Shown here one piece after another: positions 63,997 to 64,000 of a DNA stretch of 64,000 nt. Positions within the stretch are counted from its first letter, which is position 1. Each line of letters begins with the position of its first letter. Location of the stretch: the NCBI RefSeq assembly GCF_009914755.1, contig NC_060934.1; one strand, written 5' to 3'. The notes beneath the pieces are model-generated. The model was not told the DNA's origin. It made no database searches and worked only from the letters and a program-made list of their open reading frames with translations. Source of the DNA: the human T2T-CHM13v2.0 reference genome, Homo sapiens. The position numbers and the translations under genes were made by a program.

Positions 63997-64000
63997 TCAT

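Overview
Primate (human-like), AT-rich genomic DNA with dense interspersed repeats: about 20 Alu/FLAM copies, many L1 fragments, MIR/L2, MaLR and ERVL LTR pieces, and two DNA-transposon relics. There is no intact protein-coding gene, CpG island, RNA gene or CRISPR array, and nearly all ORF-track entries come from Alu or L1. The main hidden signal lies in the unique DNA between the repeats. On the minus strand (about 39.6 kb down to 0.55 kb, probably continuing past the left edge) it carries decayed, intron-separated exon remnants. Their translations follow the domain order of a dynein heavy chain: neck/linker, AAA1, AAA1 lid, AAA2, AAA3, AAA4. The remnants contain many stops and frameshifts, one dead splice donor, and a FLAM inserted inside an exon. 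I read this as an ancient, unprocessed (likely unitary) pseudogene of a divergent dynein heavy chain. The call rests on manual translation against remembered dynein consensus motifs and needs HMM confirmation. Also present are a full-length FTL processed pseudogene that keeps its iron-responsive element, and a small TSD-flanked chimeric retrocopy (L1 5'UTR start fused to a non-L1 polyadenylated sequence). Repeat boundaries and subfamily names were judged by eye and are approximate.
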